IMG/VR virus record: IMGVR_UViG_3300030361_000008
Location: 1 to 42,350 of that record
Strand: one strand, 5' to 3'
From: a virus
Lineage: Duplodnaviria; Caudoviricetes
DNA: 42,350 bases
A program made the translations under genes and the position numbers. The notes below the pieces were generated by a model that had not been told where the DNA came from, searched no databases, and saw only the letters and a program-made list of their open reading frames with translations. Of the stretch, positions 25,598 through 34,730 are shown in pieces; positions within the stretch are counted from its first letter, which is position 1, and every line of letters starts with the position of its first letter.

Positions 25598-26611
25598 ATG
25601 CCAGCAGTTAGACTCGAAGATATTATCGACGTTGTGGTCTTCCAAGACTTACCGAGCGTCGAAAGCACCAAACTAAACCGCTTTTTAGACGGCGGCGTCG
25701 TCGTTCAAAGCGAACTTTTAAACACGCTTGCAAACTCGCCGGGTAAAACGGCCGAGTTGCCATTCTGGAACGACCTTGACGGCGACGACGAGGTCAATTA
25801 CTCGACCGACGACCCGGACCAACAAGGCCCGACTTCTAAAGTTACGCAGACAGAGCAAATGGCGCGAAAGGCGTTTGTTAACAAAGGTTGGAAAGCGACC
25901 GATCTCGCGGCCGAGTTGGTTATGGGCGAAAACGCCATGACGCACATTCGTAACCGCACGGATAAATATTTCCGCACTCAGTTCGAAAAGCGTGTGATCG
26001 CTTGTGCGCGCGGCGTATATGCCGACAACGTGGCGAACGATAGCGGCGACATGGTGATCAACATTGCGACCGAAGACGGCGACAACGCGACCGACGCGAA
26101 CCGTTTCAGCCGTAAAGCGTTTGTGTCGGCGGCGTTTACCGCTGGCGACCACTTCGACAATTACAGCGCGGTCGGGATGCACTCCATGGCGTATCAACAA
26201 GCCGTAGATCAGGACGACGTCGAAGACGTGCGCGACGCGGACGGCCGTTTGTTGTTCCAAACATATATGGGCCGTCGCATTATCGTAGACGACTCGCTGC
26301 CGGTATTGCCGGGTTCAACGTCGGGCTTTAAATACATCACCGTTCTTTACGGTGACGGCGCGATCGGTTGGGGCGAGGGTTCGCCAGAAATGCCGGTGGA
26401 AGTTGATCGCGACTCAGGCGCGGGCAACGGCGGCGGTGTTGAAATATTATGGCGTCGCGCGACTTGGCTAGTGCATCCGTTCGGCTTCGACATTCTAGGC
26501 ACGCCGGCGAACGGTATTTCGCACACGCTGGCCGAAATGGCGGACGCGGCAACGTGGGATCGTAAGATCGATCGTAAGCTTGTACCAATGGCGTTTTTGG
26601 TACACAACTAA
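25598..26611 (+). CDS. Major capsid protein
   Basis: 337 aa with LPFWNDL, YMGRRIIVDD and VHPFG..W.R motifs; strong RBS. Confidence 0.92.
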   Translation: MPAVRLEDIIDVVVFQDLPSVESTKLNRFLDGGVVVQSELLNTLANSPGKTAELPFWNDLDGDDEVNYSTDDPDQQGPTSKVTQTEQMARKAFVNKGWKATDLAAELVMGENAMTHIRNRTDKYFRTQFEKRVIACARGVYADNVANDSGDMVINIATEDGDNATDANRFSRKAFVSAAFTAGDHFDNYSAVGMHSMAYQQAVDQDDVEDVRDADGRLLFQTYMGRRIIVDDSLPVLPGSTSGFKYITVLYGDGAIGWGEGSPEMPVEVDRDSGAGNGGGVEILWRRATWLVHPFGFDILGTPANGISHTLAEMADAATWDRKIDRKLVPMAFLVHN

Positions 26612-26671
26612 GCACACGCGGCGGTCTTAACAGGCCGCCACGGTCTTAACACTTTTAAAAGGTGAACTAAC

Positions 26672-26812
26672 ATGGCAACAGCTAAGAAAGCCCCGGCAAA
26701 AGCCGAGGAAAAAGAAAAAGCGATCGACTACGGCCTAGAAGCCCGCAAAGCGGCAAAAGCCAAGATCGAACGCGAAGCCGCCGAAGCCGCCAAGGCTAAC
26801 GGCGCGAAGTAA
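26672..26812 (+). CDS. 46-aa Lys/Ala-rich protein (not in ORF track)
   Basis: MATAKKAPAKAEEKEKAIDYGLEARKAAKAKIEREAAEAAKANGAK; AAGGTG RBS; lies between the capsid gene and a terminator. Confidence 0.7.
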   Translation: MATAKKAPAKAEEKEKAIDYGLEARKAAKAKIEREAAEAAKANGAK

Positions 26813-26838
26813 AAAACGCACTTCCACTAAGCCAAAAG

Positions 26839-26862
26839 GGCGGGCCGGTGCCCGCCTTTTTT
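26839..26862 (+). terminator. Intrinsic terminator after the capsid genes
   Basis: GGCGGGC-CGGT-GCCCGCC-TTTTTT. Confidence 0.88.
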
Positions 26863-26882
26863 ATATTTAAGAGGCCGACAAA

Positions 26883-27386
26883 ATGCCGCTAATAGTAGAA
26901 ACGGGCCAAGGGCTAGAAAACGCCAACGGCTACGCAGACGTCGAAACGGTCCGCGATTATTGGGAAGACCGCGCCGAGGTTATAACCGCCGACGACATAG
27001 AACTAGAAGCGGCGATCGTTATAGCGTCGCAGTTTGTCGACCTTAAGTTCGGGCCGCGCTTCATTGGTAAAAAAGCAGACCCGGATCAAGCGCTAGAATG
27101 GCCGAGAAAGTGCGCCGGGCCTTATCCCGACGATACGGTGCCGCGTCAACTAGTTAAGGCCGTGGCGGAGTACGCAAAGCGCCAAACCGAAGCCGCGCTG
27201 CAGCCCGATCCGGGCACCGCCGGCGAAGTGGTCGAAACTACCGAAATTTTGCAGGGGGTTGGCGAACTTACCACCCGGTACGCAGAGGGCACGGCGAGAA
27301 CTGCAGACGATGTTCGCCACCCGCTCGCCGAGGGGTATCTGGCCGCGCTTTTAGGCATCGGCGGGATGAACTATTTAAAACGGTGA
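26883..27386 (+). CDS. Head-tail adaptor (DnaT-like domain family)
   Basis: MPLIVETG.G..NAN.Y and QALEWPR motifs. Confidence 0.8.
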   Translation: MPLIVETGQGLENANGYADVETVRDYWEDRAEVITADDIELEAAIVIASQFVDLKFGPRFIGKKADPDQALEWPRKCAGPYPDDTVPRQLVKAVAEYAKRQTEAALQPDPGTAGEVVETTEILQGVGELTTRYAEGTARTADDVRHPLAEGYLAALLGIGGMNYLKR

Positions 27387-27390
27387 TCAC

Positions 27391-27759
27391 ATGGCGACTT
27401 TAAAAGAACGTTTCAGCGCACTAGCCGACCGACTTTTTGACAAATTCGACAGTGTCGCCGTTTCGGTTTCATTGGTCGAGCCGGGCCAGCAAGACCCGAT
27501 CACGGGTGAAGAACTGGCCCCCGGATCGCACAGCGGCCCGATCTCAATGATACGCCCGCAGCTAGACCAAAAAGCGCGCGAGGCGTTCGGCATGGCAACG
27601 AACGAATTTTTACTAGTTGCATTAGTTCGAGTGGTGCCCGAACAACCCGTCGCGCATAGTACCGGCGTGTTTGTCGACGGCGTGCAGTACGAATTAAAAG
27701 CGGTTAGCCAAGACGCAGCGGGGGCGACGTACCGCTTAAGGTGTGCCGGTGGCGCTTAA
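27391..27759 (+). CDS. Head closure/head-tail joining protein
   Basis: Position and beta-rich C-terminus DAAGATY.L. Confidence 0.65.
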   Translation: MATLKERFSALADRLFDKFDSVAVSVSLVEPGQQDPITGEELAPGSHSGPISMIRPQLDQKAREAFGMATNEFLLVALVRVVPEQPVAHSTGVFVDGVQYELKAVSQDAAGATYRLRCAGGA

Positions 27760-28150
27760 TCCGTTTGGTATTGAATTGGGCCGAGACGTGGACCGGGCGA
27801 TCGAAGAATTAGAAATAATTTGGAAAAGTTCGGTTGTGACGCTTTTCAGCCGCGTGATCATAGGCACGCCCGTTCGCACCGGCTACGCTCGCTCGGGTTG
27901 GCGCGTCGGCGAAAGCGTCGACGAGTTTCTGCCCGCGCCAATATCAAGCGAAGAAACTACACGACGGCCAGCCCCGACAATTGAATTTAACGAGATCCCG
28001 CCGGTGGGGTCGTCGGTTTACCTTTTCGCTAATGTGGATTATCTTGAATACTTAGAAGACGGCCGCAGCGACCAACGCCCGAACGGGTGGATCGAGCAAG
28101 AGGTCGAGCGGTGGGCCGAAATAGTCGACGGGGTGGCGAGATATGTCTAA
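27743..28150 (+). CDS. HK97 gp10-like tail completion/neck protein
   Basis: TPVRTGYARSGW...N..Y...LE.G.S.Q.P.G motif. Confidence 0.8.
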   Translation: MPVALNPFGIELGRDVDRAIEELEIIWKSSVVTLFSRVIIGTPVRTGYARSGWRVGESVDEFLPAPISSEETTRRPAPTIEFNEIPPVGSSVYLFANVDYLEYLEDGRSDQRPNGWIEQEVERWAEIVDGVARYV

Positions 28151-28559
28151 AACTGATTTACGCGAAGCGGTGATCCGTTCAATAATGGACGCCGCGCTGC
28201 CGTTCCCGGTAATATGGCCGAACAGCAGCGAAAAGCCACCGAAGAACGCGACATGGGCGCGCGGGGCTATAACAAGGTTAGACGGGGCGGGCGGGTCGCT
28301 TGGTCCGGGTGGAAAAGATAAATTTAACGGGTCGTTAGAATTTAAAATTTTCACTAAGCAGAAGACCACCGAGGCGGGCGCGTATAGCGCGTTCGACAAT
28401 ATCGGCGACGTGGTCAAACGCGGCGCGGGCTTTACGTCGTCAAGTGGCGAAGCTATGGTCCGCATAACGGCGACAGGCACCCGGCCCGGCGGAGACGTCG
28501 ACGGCTGGCATTTAAACACTTTTCGCGCGGACTTTTTCGCGTATGTAAACAGGGGCTAA
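28143..28559 (+). CDS. Tail terminator protein
   Basis: V.WPN....P....W.R pattern; precedes the tail tube gene. Confidence 0.7.
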   Translation: MSKTDLREAVIRSIMDAALPFPVIWPNSSEKPPKNATWARGAITRLDGAGGSLGPGGKDKFNGSLEFKIFTKQKTTEAGAYSAFDNIGDVVKRGAGFTSSSGEAMVRITATGTRPGGDVDGWHLNTFRADFFAYVNRG

Positions 28560-28562
28560 ATT

Positions 28563-29495
28563 ATGGCTGAATTACACAGCGGTTTCGACGAACAGATCGG
28601 GATCATCAAAGAAACGAACATGGGCGAAATCCCGACCAACCCTAATTTTCAGCTTTTGCCGGTTGGCTCGGCAACGCTAAAAACTAACCGCGAGACGTTG
28701 GAGTCTAACCGCCTCGGCGTTAATTCGCGTTTTGGTACTCGCCTCGGCGGCTACAACGTAAACGGCGATTTAGTCGGCGAGCTAGTATTCGGCGCGTTCG
28801 ATGAATTACTCGCGGCGGCTATTGGCGGGACGTGGGTCGCAGATACGCCCGCAACAGGCACCGACCAAGCAAAAGGCGGACGCGGTCGCCAAGGCTTTAC
28901 GGTTGTTCGCAAGCGCGGTGATAAGGGCTTTCAGTATTTCAGAGGGTGCGAAGTAAACAGCATTGCTCTGACTATCGGCCAAAACGCGGCGGTTTCTTGC
29001 ACTTACAACTTGCTCGGCCTTGAAGAACTCGGCGACAACTCGGCGCTTGTGGGTCAGTCTTTACTACCTATGACAGACGCGTACCCGTTTACAGGTTTTG
29101 ACGTCGCTATAACGCAAGGCGGCCAAGTTGTCGCGATCGCCACGGCTGCAACGCTAAATGTAAACCGTAACTTAACGACTTCGTTTAACTTGGGTTCGTA
29201 CGTAGCCGGAAGTAAAGCGCCGGGCAAACTACTTGTTGACGGCTCGCTAACCGTTGATTTCGTCGATATGGCATACCAACAAGCATTTTTAAACGAGACG
29301 CGTTCGGACTTAGAAATGCAGTTAACCGACTACCAAACCGGCGACGTGCTTTATATCAAATTGCCCGATGTGCTTTATACTCAAAAGCAAGACGACACCA
29401 CCAGCGACGGCCCGGTGCCGATCGTAATGACGTTTTTCGGTGAGTACGACGCAACGGAAGAAACCAGCATAATTTTAGAAAGGACGCCGGCTTAA
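28563..29495 (+). CDS. Major tail tube protein
   Basis: 310 aa, beta-rich, with ET..G..P..P, V.GD..GEL and F.G..VNS motifs. Confidence 0.85.
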   Translation: MAELHSGFDEQIGIIKETNMGEIPTNPNFQLLPVGSATLKTNRETLESNRLGVNSRFGTRLGGYNVNGDLVGELVFGAFDELLAAAIGGTWVADTPATGTDQAKGGRGRQGFTVVRKRGDKGFQYFRGCEVNSIALTIGQNAAVSCTYNLLGLEELGDNSALVGQSLLPMTDAYPFTGFDVAITQGGQVVAIATAATLNVNRNLTTSFNLGSYVAGSKAPGKLLVDGSLTVDFVDMAYQQAFLNETRSDLEMQLTDYQTGDVLYIKLPDVLYTQKQDDTTSDGPVPIVMTFFGEYDATEETSIILERTPA

Positions 29496-29884
29496 TGCGC
29501 TTAAATGATATTCCCGACCCGGACGCGGTCGAAGAAATCAAGGTCGAACACAACGGGATCGAGGTGTTTATCACTTCGACCCTGTCTTCGGTCTATAACG
29601 ACTATCTTTCACTTGCTAATCGTAAAGTAGCCCGGGGGTTGATCGATCTCGATTCGCCCGAGGGTAACGGCGAGGTTAACCGAGAGGGGGCCGCGTATTT
29701 GGTCCGCCGGTGGAACTTAGAAGACGAGTTAACGCGCGAGGGTGTGATCGAACTTTTCCGCAAGGTGCCCGACTTACTGAAAAAAGTGCAGACCGAAGCG
29801 TCGATCGCGGCGGTTAGCTTGGGAAAGTCGCCGGAGAACTCGAACGATTCGCCGAAAGATATTACCAGTTCGCCCAAAGAGTAG
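29495..29884 (+). CDS. Tail assembly chaperone (gpG-like)
   Basis: Located between tail tube and tape measure genes; contains a slippery site. Confidence 0.8.
   Translation: MRLNDIPDPDAVEEIKVEHNGIEVFITSTLSSVYNDYLSLANRKVARGLIDLDSPEGNGEVNREGAAYLVRRWNLEDELTREGVIELFRKVPDLLKKVQTEASIAAVSLGKSPENSNDSPKDITSSPKE
29821..29827 (+). other. Programmed -1 frameshift site G GGA AAG giving a gpGT-like fusion ending at 30300
   Basis: Same heptamer and phase as the lambda G/T site. The -1 frame is open from 29821 and is the frame of ORF 29935..30300. Confidence 0.85.
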
Positions 29885-30155
29885 ACCCAAAGGATCCAAA
29901 CTCTAAAACACTCGGCGAGACTAACGAGCGCCGGGTGCAAAAGGCGAAAGAGTACGGCACCCGGATCGATCCCGAGTGGGTTATGCCCGATTTACCGACA
30001 CGCCTCGCGTATTTATGGGCGCACCATAAAGACTTAAGCCTCGCGGAGTTTAGCGCCGCGAACGTTTATTACCATTTTTCTAATTTAGGGACCACGCCGC
30101 AGCCGTTCGAATATCAGATATTACTTAGGCTGGAACGCGTCAGGAGGTTAGCCCA

Positions 30156-32867
30156 GTGTCAACAGTTGAGATCCGCGCGGACAGTAGCCAAGTCGAAACA
30201 GCAACGGCCCGACTCAAAGAACTTAAAAACGAAGGGAACGCGACAGCTAACGCAGCGGATCGCGTCGAGTCTGCAACAGGCCGAGCAAACCAAGCAATAA
30301 CAGCGGCGGCCGCCGTATCAGGGCAAGCCGCGCAAGCACAAGGCCGTTTAAATACGACTCTTAGCCAAGGTGTTACCGCTTCGCAAAAGTTCACCAGCGA
30401 ATTGAGCAGCGCGCGCGGTGCCCTACTCGATTTTATCACGCAGCAAGTAAGAGCCGGGCGCGTTATTAGTGACACCGGGGAAGTGCTAAACGCTAACGGC
30501 ACCAAGGCGACCGAAGCGACCAACCGCTACGCCAAACTTACTGGGCAATTCGTAAACCTACAAAATACCGCCGACAACGTGGCCGACGCTATGGAACGCG
30601 CCGCGCAAGGCACCGCTCGCAATGTAGCCTCGGCACAAGCCGCCGCAGCGGCCGAAGAACGGCTGCAGCAAGAAGCGCGAGAAGTGGCGGCGGCTATGGA
30701 AAACCAGATCCGAAGCGCTCAACGCGCGACGGCCGCGCGCATGGCGTACGCGGAAAGCGGCGACGTAGCGGCTAAAGGTTCGAGTAGATTCGGAGCCAAG
30801 GCGGCACAAGCCGGGATCCAGATTGAACAGCTTGTGACGAGTCTTTCCGCCGGTGCGCCGATCGCGCAGTCTTTCGCGTTCCAAGCGGCCGACCTCGGGA
30901 TCGTGTTAGGGGTGCCGTTGCTTGGCTCTATTATCGCAGTTACCGCCGCACTTGCGGGGCCTTTTATTAATTCACTTTTTGACGGTGAAAGCGCATCCGA
31001 TAAGCTGGCCGACGCCTTAGACCGCGTCGACCGTGTGATCACCAACTCGAACAGCGGCGGAATTGTCGAATATACCGAAGCGATCCGGGAACTGGCGAAA
31101 GTGAGCGAAGAAGCCGCGCGCGGTCGACTACGCGCCGCCATACTCGACGCAGAAGACGCAGCCCGGGCCGCTTCACAAGGGATCGCAAATAGCTTCCAAG
31201 ACGCTTTTAGCCTCGGCGACATTATCGCGGGCGACTTAGACGACGCCTTAGCCTCGGCGAGAGCGTTCGGCGACAAACTCGGCCCTAATTTAGTTACGGG
31301 CGTCGGGCGCACGCTGCAGAACAATATCGCGGACCAATTAGGCGAGGCGCTAGGCGCGACGACCGAAGACGCGCGGGCGCTAGGCGCGGAATTCGTCGAA
31401 CTGATCGCAGCGGCCGAACAATTTAAAACGCCCGAAGCGTTCAGGCAGATCGAGGAAAGGCTCAACGAATTGGCGGAAAACGCCACGCCGCGCACTAGGG
31501 ATCAGATCGACCGCTTGATCGGCTCTATTTCTGATTTTGTCGACAAGGGTGTAGAAGCCGGCGACAAACTAGGCCGATTAAACCTAGACGTTTCAAGCGG
31601 TGAAGCGCTAGAAACAGGCAAGGTAAGAGACTACACAGACGCCGTCGATCAGCTAATACAGCAATTAACCGTACAGGATAAAACGCTACGCGACGGAGAA
31701 GTGGCGGCGCAACTTTACGCGGCCGCTATTGCCACCGGGGCGAAGTCAATCGAAGAACTCGACCCGACGATCGCTTCGCTGATAATTTCGATTGACCAAC
31801 AAAAGAAAGCCAACGAAGACGCGGCACAGGCTAAACGCGACGAGGCGGCGGCAAACGCAGAGCTAAGAAAAGAATTAGCAGAAGAAGAACGCGAGCGCCT
31901 AAAGGCTAAGAAAGCGCTAGAAGACCAAAAACGCGAACTTGAAAGATACAACGCGTTTGTTAAACAGATCGAAGCGGAAAACGACCCGGCGGAGCGCGCG
32001 AAACAAATTTACGAACGACGGCTGCAGGTTATACAAGACCATTACGGTTTTGTTTCTCAGCTTGAAGCCCAAAACACCGAGGAGGGGATCCTCGCGTTAC
32101 AGCGTTACGGCGAAGCGCTCGACGAGTTGGCGAAGAAAAACGAAGACGGCCTGTTCAAAAACATAGCCGACGAAATGGACGGTTTGAGCAATACGATCAG
32201 CGGTACCGCCGCTTCGGTTGCGCTAGGCTTTCAAGACGGCGAAGAAGCGGCCGCGAGTCTTGCCCGAACAATAGGTACCCAATTACTCGGCACCGTGATC
32301 AATTGGGGTATCGAAACCGCAGCCGCAGCCGTTAAGGGCTTAGTCGCGACGCAAGCGGCCGAAGCGGGCAAGACGGCGGCTATCACCGGCGCGATAACTA
32401 CGCAAACCGCCGCAGCTACGACCGCGACGGGAGTCGTCGCCGGCGCACAAACAACAGCCATGACGACGATCGGGGCGGCGGCCGCACCCGCAGCGGCGGC
32501 GACGTCAATCGCAACGGCGGGCGGCTCGGCTATCTCAGGCACGGCGATCGCCCTTGGCGGTATCGCGGCCATATTGGCGGCGCTCACTATCGGCGGGAGA
32601 AGTCAAGGCGGTAACGTCCGAGGCGGTCAAATGTATCGCGTGAACGAATGGGACCAAGAGTTCTTTATGCCTTACACCGACGGTCGCATAGTGAACCCGA
32701 CCGAAGCGGCGCAAATGCAAAGCCCCGGCCGTTCATTGCCGAACGTAACAAACATATTTAATATGTCAGGGGGATCGGCGGGCGACTTCCAACGTCCGCG
32801 CGGTCGCAGACAATTGGAGGCGGCAACGTTCGAAGCGACAAGCCGCGCGTATAGGAGAAACAGATAA
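30156..32867 (+). CDS. Tail tape measure protein
   Basis: 903 aa, Ala-rich and helical; AGGAGG RBS before GTG; C-terminal GG.V..G..Y.VNE motif. Confidence 0.92.
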   Translation: MSTVEIRADSSQVETATARLKELKNEGNATANAADRVESATGRANQAITAAAAVSGQAAQAQGRLNTTLSQGVTASQKFTSELSSARGALLDFITQQVRAGRVISDTGEVLNANGTKATEATNRYAKLTGQFVNLQNTADNVADAMERAAQGTARNVASAQAAAAAEERLQQEAREVAAAMENQIRSAQRATAARMAYAESGDVAAKGSSRFGAKAAQAGIQIEQLVTSLSAGAPIAQSFAFQAADLGIVLGVPLLGSIIAVTAALAGPFINSLFDGESASDKLADALDRVDRVITNSNSGGIVEYTEAIRELAKVSEEAARGRLRAAILDAEDAARAASQGIANSFQDAFSLGDIIAGDLDDALASARAFGDKLGPNLVTGVGRTLQNNIADQLGEALGATTEDARALGAEFVELIAAAEQFKTPEAFRQIEERLNELAENATPRTRDQIDRLIGSISDFVDKGVEAGDKLGRLNLDVSSGEALETGKVRDYTDAVDQLIQQLTVQDKTLRDGEVAAQLYAAAIATGAKSIEELDPTIASLIISIDQQKKANEDAAQAKRDEAAANAELRKELAEEERERLKAKKALEDQKRELERYNAFVKQIEAENDPAERAKQIYERRLQVIQDHYGFVSQLEAQNTEEGILALQRYGEALDELAKKNEDGLFKNIADEMDGLSNTISGTAASVALGFQDGEEAAASLARTIGTQLLGTVINWGIETAAAAVKGLVATQAAEAGKTAAITGAITTQTAAATTATGVVAGAQTTAMTTIGAAAAPAAAATSIATAGGSAISGTAIALGGIAAILAALTIGGRSQGGNVRGGQMYRVNEWDQEFFMPYTDGRIVNPTEAAQMQSPGRSLPNVTNIFNMSGGSAGDFQRPRGRRQLEAATFEATSRAYRRNR

Positions 32868-33494
32868 ATGAGTTTCTTAGAGTTTCCACGGTTCCCGGAA
32901 GACATAAGCGAGGGCGCAAGCGGCGGCCCTACTTACCGCACGTCTACGGAAGAAGCACTAAGCGGCGTTGTATACCGGAACGCTGACTGGTCGCACCCTT
33001 TACACACGTACGACGTGGGTTTTATTACGCGTGAACTCGGCGAGATAGAAACGGTTTTAAATTTCTTTCACGCGTGCAGGGGTCCGCTAACGTCTTTCAG
33101 GTTTAAAGACTATTCAGACTACAAGAGCGGAAAACTTCGCGAGCCTATCACAAACACGGATCAGCAGATTGGCGTCGGTGACGGCACAAGCCGAAATTTT
33201 CAGTTAGTCAAAAACTACGTTTTAGGCAATAGAACGCAAGTAAGACCGATTTATAAGCCGGTGGGTGGTACAGTGCTGATCGCCGTTGACGGCGTCGCGA
33301 CGACAGACTGGTCAACGAATAACGACGGTTTGATCCGCTTAACCGTACCACCCGCAGCCGGCGCGATAGTAACGGCGGGCTATGAGTTCGACGTCCCTGT
33401 ATTTTTTGAAGACGACCAACTCATAAGCACGTTGAACGGCTATGACGACGGATCGACGTCGATCAGATTACGAGAAGACAGGTTGATCACATGA
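32868..33494 (+). CDS. Distal tail protein (DUF2460/TIGR02217, GTA-like)
   Basis: RFP..IS.G..GGP, FRFKD..D, FQLVK.Y and VTAGYEFDVPV motifs. Confidence 0.9.
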   Translation: MSFLEFPRFPEDISEGASGGPTYRTSTEEALSGVVYRNADWSHPLHTYDVGFITRELGEIETVLNFFHACRGPLTSFRFKDYSDYKSGKLREPITNTDQQIGVGDGTSRNFQLVKNYVLGNRTQVRPIYKPVGGTVLIAVDGVATTDWSTNNDGLIRLTVPPAAGAIVTAGYEFDVPVFFEDDQLISTLNGYDDGSTSIRLREDRLIT

Positions 33495-34333
33495 GACAGA
33501 CGGCCGGAGCGTTACGCGCGCACGTAATACAGACTACGACCACCCTCGCGACGTGTTGGCGCATAAAACGCAACGACGGCGTTATAGAGGGCTACACAAG
33601 CCACAACGCCGCGCTAACGTTCGGAGGCGTGACGTTCGAGCCGTCCGGCATAAGTGCAACTGAAATTAGCTCTACGCGAGCGTTTACCGTCGACACGGTC
33701 GAGTTACACGGGCTTATCAGTAACGAGCGCGCGCTGCAGCAAAGAGAATTGCGCCAGCTTTACGACTACGCGCCGATCGATGTGTTTGACGTGAACTACG
33801 AAGCACTACCCGCCGACATAACGCCTCAAACAGTTTTATGGGCTAAAACGGGCATAATCGGCGACGTGGTCAAACAGCGCGGGAAATGGTTTTTAGAATT
33901 ACGCCAGCTTTTAGACTTAACAAGACAAACAACGGTTAACCGGACGTCGTTATTGTGCCGGGCTGAATTCGGCGGCCCGCAATGCCGGGCGGACTTAACA
34001 GGCCGACAATTCACCGGGACGGTGACGACGCAAAACGGCACCAGTTTGTCGGTTGACATTACAGGGCTAAGTAACAACGATTTGAGAAATGGCCGGTTAG
34101 ATACCGCCGGCGGTTTATCATTCGATATTATTAACAACGCGGGCAGCGGCTTAACACTCGCCGATCCGCCCTCAACAGATTTGATCGGCCAAACCGTAAC
34201 CGTAACGTTTGGTTGTAACAAAATGTTGGATGATTGCGAGAGGTACGACAATGTCGTTAACTACTTCGGCGAACCCTACGTGCCAACGAGCGACCAATGG
34301 GCCAGCGGATTCTTTACAACAGTTAGTGTGTGA
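33491..34333 (+). CDS. Baseplate hub protein (DUF2163/BR0599, TIGR02218)
   Basis: TTLATCWRI.R.DG...G.T.H, CRA..G...C and GCNK....C...N..N..GEPYVP motifs. Confidence 0.9.
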   Translation: MRQTAGALRAHVIQTTTTLATCWRIKRNDGVIEGYTSHNAALTFGGVTFEPSGISATEISSTRAFTVDTVELHGLISNERALQQRELRQLYDYAPIDVFDVNYEALPADITPQTVLWAKTGIIGDVVKQRGKWFLELRQLLDLTRQTTVNRTSLLCRAEFGGPQCRADLTGRQFTGTVTTQNGTSLSVDITGLSNNDLRNGRLDTAGGLSFDIINNAGSGLTLADPPSTDLIGQTVTVTFGCNKMLDDCERYDNVVNYFGEPYVPTSDQWASGFFTTVSV

Positions 34334-34730
34334 CGCGGCGTTATCGCTTAAAGATACGCCTTACCGGCACCAAGGCCGCGCACCGGGGCACGGGCTAGAT
34401 TGCATCGGCTTAGTTGTCGCGGCGTTTAAGATAGGCGCGGGGCTAGAATTCGATATACCGGCCAACTATTCGCGGTTGCCCTCGCCTAAACTTTTGTATT
34501 CGCACGTTTCCAAGCATTGCGACAGAGTCGAAGACATTCAGCCCGCCGACGTGCTAGTCTTAAGGTTGCAAAGAGAGCCGCAGCACTTCGCGTTGTACGT
34601 GGGTAATAATACGATTGTTCACGCGTACCAAACGGCCGGTAAGGTGTTAGCGCATGATTTGACGCCACAATGGCGAAACCGTATTAAATCAATTCACAGG
34701 ATCAAAAAATGGGCGGATTGTTCAGTGTAA
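34209..34730 (+). CDS. NlpC/P60 family tail peptidase (TIGR02219); true start probably further downstream (e.g. GTG at 34326)
   Basis: TPYRHQGR..G.GLDCIGLV and QHFALY...IVHAY motifs. Confidence 0.88.
   Translation: MVVTKCWMIARGTTMSLTTSANPTCQRATNGPADSLQQLVCDAALSLKDTPYRHQGRAPGHGLDCIGLVVAAFKIGAGLEFDIPANYSRLPSPKLLYSHVSKHCDRVEDIQPADVLVLRLQREPQHFALYVGNNTIVHAYQTAGKVLAHDLTPQWRNRIKSIHRIKKWADCSV

Noticed and set aside
30719-31495. Long antisense ORFs opposite structural genes (also 25718..26260 and 37690..38451)
   Set aside because: Ser/Ala-rich mirror translations expected from codon bias, with no recognisable motifs.
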